A DNA stretch of 64,000 nucleotides from an uncultured Candidatus Saccharibacteria bacterium (lineage in GTDB: Bacteria; Patescibacteriota; Minisyncoccia; Phycocordibacterales; PALSA-1337): assembly GCA_964389975.1 (NCBI GenBank), contig CAYMGJ010000002.1, forward strand, positions 3,109-67,108. Reading direction: 5' to 3'. The position numbers were made by a program, and so were the translations under genes. Under the pieces are notes generated by a model. That model worked only from the letters and a program-made list of their open reading frames with translations, searched no databases and was not told where the DNA came from. Of the stretch, positions 60,604 to 64,000 are shown piece after piece. Each line of letters starts with the position of its first letter. The first letter of the stretch is position 1.

Positions 60604-62349
60604 TTAGTTTTCTTGATTAGGGGTAAATATTTTCCATACGTTTTCTGTTGAGATGTACCATGAGTTTGTGTCATACCATCGATCTGAAGGGATAGTTATC
60701 GGTCCGAAGTGTATTCCTTGTATTTTCTTTGGAATCACATACATATATTCTGGTGAATAGAGGAATATTGCGGGGACATCTTCAGTGACAAGTTTTTCAA
60801 AAGCCTTGTACTTCTCTGCTTTCACTTTCTCGCTTCCGGTGGTTCGTGCTTCTTCAAGGAGTTTGTCTGCGCTACTGTTTACATACATGGCAATGTTGAG
60901 TCCTGGAGCAAGTCTTTGAGATGAATGCCAGAATGCATAGAGATCGAGGTCTTTTCCGATAAATTCTCCAAAAAGGAGAGCGTCATATTTTCTTGTCTTT
61001 ATAATATTCTGTGAAAGATCACCGTATTCAAATACCTTTACCGTAACATCTGCACCGAGCAATTCCCATTGTTTTTCAAGTATCTCTGCTGTTTTCTTGA
61101 GATCAGGAGAATCTGCTGTAGCTATCTCAAATGAAAGAACTTGTGTACCTTTCTTGTCTTTTTTTTCAAGTATACCGTCTTTGTTAATTGTCCATCCTGC
61201 TTTGGTGAGTAATGTCTTTGCTCCATCAATGTCGAGAGTTTTCTTGTTGTCCCTGCTACTGTTTTCTGCGGGAAGAGGTCCATCAATGCGTACTCCATAT
61301 CCATACAAGACTTCGGAAACAAGAGTATCCTTGTCGACTACCATATTGAGTGCCTGACGTACTTCTTTGTTTGCAAGTACTGGTGCTTGATTTTGATTAA
61401 AGAATACCCCAAAGATTCGAGGGAGAGGTGAGTGAAGTACTGATACATCTTGATCATCTGAAATTTTCTCTGCTTCCTCTGGTGAAATACCAGCTATGCT
61501 TTGTATTGCACCACTTGAATATGCATCAAGTGCAGCCATTTCATTTGGATAGAATTGTATAGTTATGTGTGATATATATGCTTTTCCATCATAATATCGA
61601 GAGAAAGGTGATAGTTCATATGAAAGGGGTATTCCACCATTGTCTCGGGAAATCTTTTCAATTTGATATGGACCTGATCCAATTGGTTCAATATTGAATT
61701 GACTGTAGATAAATTGTTCTGAACTTACATTCTTCCAAATGTGTTTGGGAATGATTCCAAGGGTAGTGTTTGAAAGGAAAGGGGAATATGGTTGTTTGAG
61801 TATGAATTGAATATTCTTCTCATCAATTTTCTTTACCGATATATTTCCCCAATCAGCACGTCGTGGACTTTTCAGTGTATTGTCTTCAACTTTTTGAATG
61901 GTGAATTCAATATCATCAGTTGTAAGAGGGGTGCCATCATGAAAACGTATATTGTCTTTTAATGTAAATGAATATACAAGTCCATCTTCTGATATGGAAT
62001 ATTTTTCTGCGAGATCACCCACGAGTTTTCCATGGTCATATTTCATAAGTCCAGAATATATGAGTGTGGAAAGATCACGATCAACATCAGTTATCGCAAG
62101 TATTGGATTGATTGAACGAGGAAGTCCGATCACTCCTTCGGTGAATGAACCACCATAGGCAGGTATGGGAACAACAAAGAGCTGATGAGCTTCCCATGCA
62201 AGTATCATTGAACTCATAACTGCAATGAGGGTAAGGACGCCAAAGACAACACGTTCAGTTGGTGAGAAATGTCGTATGAGATTGAGAATCTTCTCTCCTC
62301 CCTTGATACGGAATTCTTTTTTAGGAATCATAGTGAATAGGTTGTTCAC
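60604..62349 (-). CDS. Peptide ABC transporter substrate-binding protein (family 5)
   Basis: INP, LAE....DG..Y.F.L...+FHDG.PLT.DD, PIGSGPY and VRQAL. Confidence 0.9.
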   Translation of the reverse strand: MNNLFTMIPKKEFRIKGGEKILNLIRHFSPTERVVFGVLTLIAVMSSMILAWEAHQLFVVPIPAYGGSFTEGVIGLPRSINPILAITDVDRDLSTLIYSGLMKYDHGKLVGDLAEKYSISEDGLVYSFTLKDNIRFHDGTPLTTDDIEFTIQKVEDNTLKSPRRADWGNISVKKIDEKNIQFILKQPYSPFLSNTTLGIIPKHIWKNVSSEQFIYSQFNIEPIGSGPYQIEKISRDNGGIPLSYELSPFSRYYDGKAYISHITIQFYPNEMAALDAYSSGAIQSIAGISPEEAEKISDDQDVSVLHSPLPRIFGVFFNQNQAPVLANKEVRQALNMVVDKDTLVSEVLYGYGVRIDGPLPAENSSRDNKKTLDIDGAKTLLTKAGWTINKDGILEKKDKKGTQVLSFEIATADSPDLKKTAEILEKQWELLGADVTVKVFEYGDLSQNIIKTRKYDALLFGEFIGKDLDLYAFWHSSQRLAPGLNIAMYVNSSADKLLEEARTTGSEKVKAEKYKAFEKLVTEDVPAIFLYSPEYMYVIPKKIQGIHFGPITIPSDRWYDTNSWYISTENVWKIFTPNQEN

Positions 62350-62407
62350 AAGAATACAGGTACTATCGACGAATTAAGTTCGTAGTATATTCTGTTGAAA
62401 GTTTATA

Positions 62408-62638
62408 TTAAATAAGAGAAACGAGTGCTGAAAGGGCAAAGAGAACCCCTATAATAATAGTTACAATGAAGAGTGTCTTTTCAAAGCCACGTCGGGTATG
62501 AAAAGCAGAGCTAAAGTTGTCACCACCGCCAAAAGCACCACCGATTTGAGCACCAGTGCGCTGAAGTAGTATTGCGATTACGAGAATAACCGCGAGTACA
62601 ATCTGTATATACGGAAGTAGAGAAGCAATAGTCTTCAT
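62408..62638 (-). CDS. secG: Preprotein translocase subunit SecG
   Basis: ILLQ..G...GGAFGG...TRRG.EK.L with two TM segments. Confidence 0.93.
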   Translation of the reverse strand: MKTIASLLPYIQIVLAVILVIAILLQRTGAQIGGAFGGGDNFSSAFHTRRGFEKTLFIVTIIIGVLFALSALVSLI

Positions 62639-62726
62639 TGCCGGATACTATAGCATGTCGATGGGTTGGATGCAAGTTATCTAAAAAAAGCCCGGTCCCC
62701 TTGCGAGGACCGGATTGGTGATGAGC

Positions 62727-63209
62727 TTATAGCCCAAATGCGTCGAATAGCTTAGCATCTTCATCTTCGAGCATGTAGTGTTCTTTGAAGTCACGGCTCA
62801 CACTCCTAATCTGCTCTTCATCCATAGCGAGAAGGATTTCAATCTCAATTCGAAGAAGGCGCGAGAGATTGATTACATGAGTTCCATAGTCACTCCGTTG
62901 ATAGAGGCATGAGAGTGTGAATCCGATGGCGAATATAAGTGATGGTGTAAATGTAATCTTCACCATAAACCATAGTTGTGTACTGAGGTTGTTAGGTGCA
63001 GACCGTATTGAAACTGTGTAAAAAATCCAGAAAAGGAGAAATGCTGGCACAGAAAGCCATAGCCCTTTTTTGTATAGTCGGTGCTGTGTTTCCCATGCGC
63101 GTGCCGTAATATGGGGATCCATGGCACTCATATTGCCCCATCGTGTATTCCAGAGTTTTAGGAGTGCAGATTGAGAAGTACTTGTTGCGAGGAACTGACG
63201 GTTTTTCAT
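62727..63209 (-). CDS. Hypothetical two-TM membrane protein
   Basis: 160-aa ORF with a TTGACA promoter upstream and a minus-strand terminator at 62683-62714. Confidence 0.55.
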   Translation of the reverse strand: MKNRQFLATSTSQSALLKLWNTRWGNMSAMDPHITARAWETQHRLYKKGLWLSVPAFLLFWIFYTVSIRSAPNNLSTQLWFMVKITFTPSLIFAIGFTLSCLYQRSDYGTHVINLSRLLRIEIEILLAMDEEQIRSVSRDFKEHYMLEDEDAKLFDAFGL

Positions 63210-63327
63210 AGGGTTGTTCAGAAGTCTGAAATTACTATATATAGTAATTTAAAATATGTCAATTTATCTCATAAGAGTCATTCGCTATAATACTGACACA
63301 TATTATCAGTTTTAAATGTACCATCAC

Positions 63328-63642
63328 ATGTCAAAAAACAAAGATATTTCAAAGAAGATACAGCCATTGGGAGATCGAGTTATTATCCGTGAAGACAGTG
63401 AATCTCATGAACGAAAAACTGCTTCAGGTATCATCATTCCTTCTTCAGCGAATGAAGAGAAGGGTGGAAAGAGAGGTGAAGTCGTTGCAGTTGGTACAGG
63501 TCACTTTGAACACGGTACCCATATCCCTCTATCTGTTAAGGTTGGTGATATTGTTATATTTCAATGGGGAGACAAGATTAAGGTTGATGGAGAGGAATAT
63601 ATTATTGTTAAGGAAGTTGAAATTCTTGCTATTATCAAGTAA
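63328..63642 (+). CDS. groES: Co-chaperonin GroES
   Basis: IQPLGDRV, TASGIIIP, G.VVAVG.G and VKVGD. Confidence 0.96.
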   Translation: MSKNKDISKKIQPLGDRVIIREDSESHERKTASGIIIPSSANEEKGGKRGEVVAVGTGHFEHGTHIPLSVKVGDIVIFQWGDKIKVDGEEYIIVKEVEILAIIK

Positions 63643-63654
63643 CTACTATCATAT

Positions 63655-64000
63655 ATGTCAAAGAAAATTCTTTTCAATGAAGAAGCTCGTAAGGCTATTA
63701 AACGTGGGGTTGATGCAGTTGCTGATGTTGTAAAGATCACTATTGGTCCCCGTGGAAGAAATGTCATTCTTGATAAGGGGTATGGTAGTCCTACTATTAC
63801 GAATGATGGTGTTTCTATAGCTAAGGAAATTACCTTGAAAGATCGATTTGAGAATATGGGTGCTGAGATTATAAAAGAAGTTGCAACAAAGACAAATGAT
63901 AGTGCTGGTGATGGTACTACAACTGCAACAGTTCTTACCCAAGCAATTATCACTGAAGGTATGAGACATACAACAATGGGTGTTAATGCTATGGGTGTTA
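63655..64000 (+). CDS. groEL: Chaperonin GroEL (5' part, runs off the window)
   Basis: [12 protein letters not shown]...[11 protein letters not shown]...[14 protein letters not shown]...[11 protein letters not shown]. Confidence 0.97.
   Translation, partial: MSKKILFNEEARKAIKRGVDAVADVVKITIGPRGRNVILDKGYGSPTITNDGVSIAKEITLKDRFENMGAEIIKEVATKTNDSAGDGTTTATVLTQAIITEGMRHTTMGVNAMGV

Noticed and set aside
63210-63327. CIRCE operator upstream of groES
   Set aside because: No TTAGCACTC-N9-GAGTGCTAA is present.

Overview
The window looks like chromosomal DNA from a Patescibacteria (CPR, Parcubacteria-like) bacterium using genetic code 11. This assignment is inferred from gene content and style: a type IV pilin cluster, N-terminally shortened RF2, mostly CCA-less tRNA genes and many apparently leaderless genes. 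Core genes are pilD plus pilins, ligA, gatCA, prfB, ftsEX, pyrG, a DEAD-box helicase, msrAB, nrnA, a cyclophilin, gpmI, eno, rnj, secG and groES/EL, with six tRNA genes. Five accessory parts stand out. (1) An HTH/LAGLIDADG-like ORF lies between two CAT-anticodon tRNAs. (2) A ~620-bp gap (9.8-10.4 kb) holds three tandem promoter / structured RNA (or micro-ORF) / terminator units that match no RNA family I recognise. (3) A decaying island at tRNA-Gln carries a Shedu nuclease coupled to a nucleotidyltransferase, plus recombinase and ABC-transporter remnants. (4) A 12-kb trio of LamG surface proteins shows swapped catalytic-like cores, an identical 477-bp repeat, a shared C-terminal tail and cross-matching LamG domains. 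(5) An operon encodes PMM, PMI and tandem GH130 enzymes for mannoside use. All calls come from reading motifs by eye; no database search or folding program was run.
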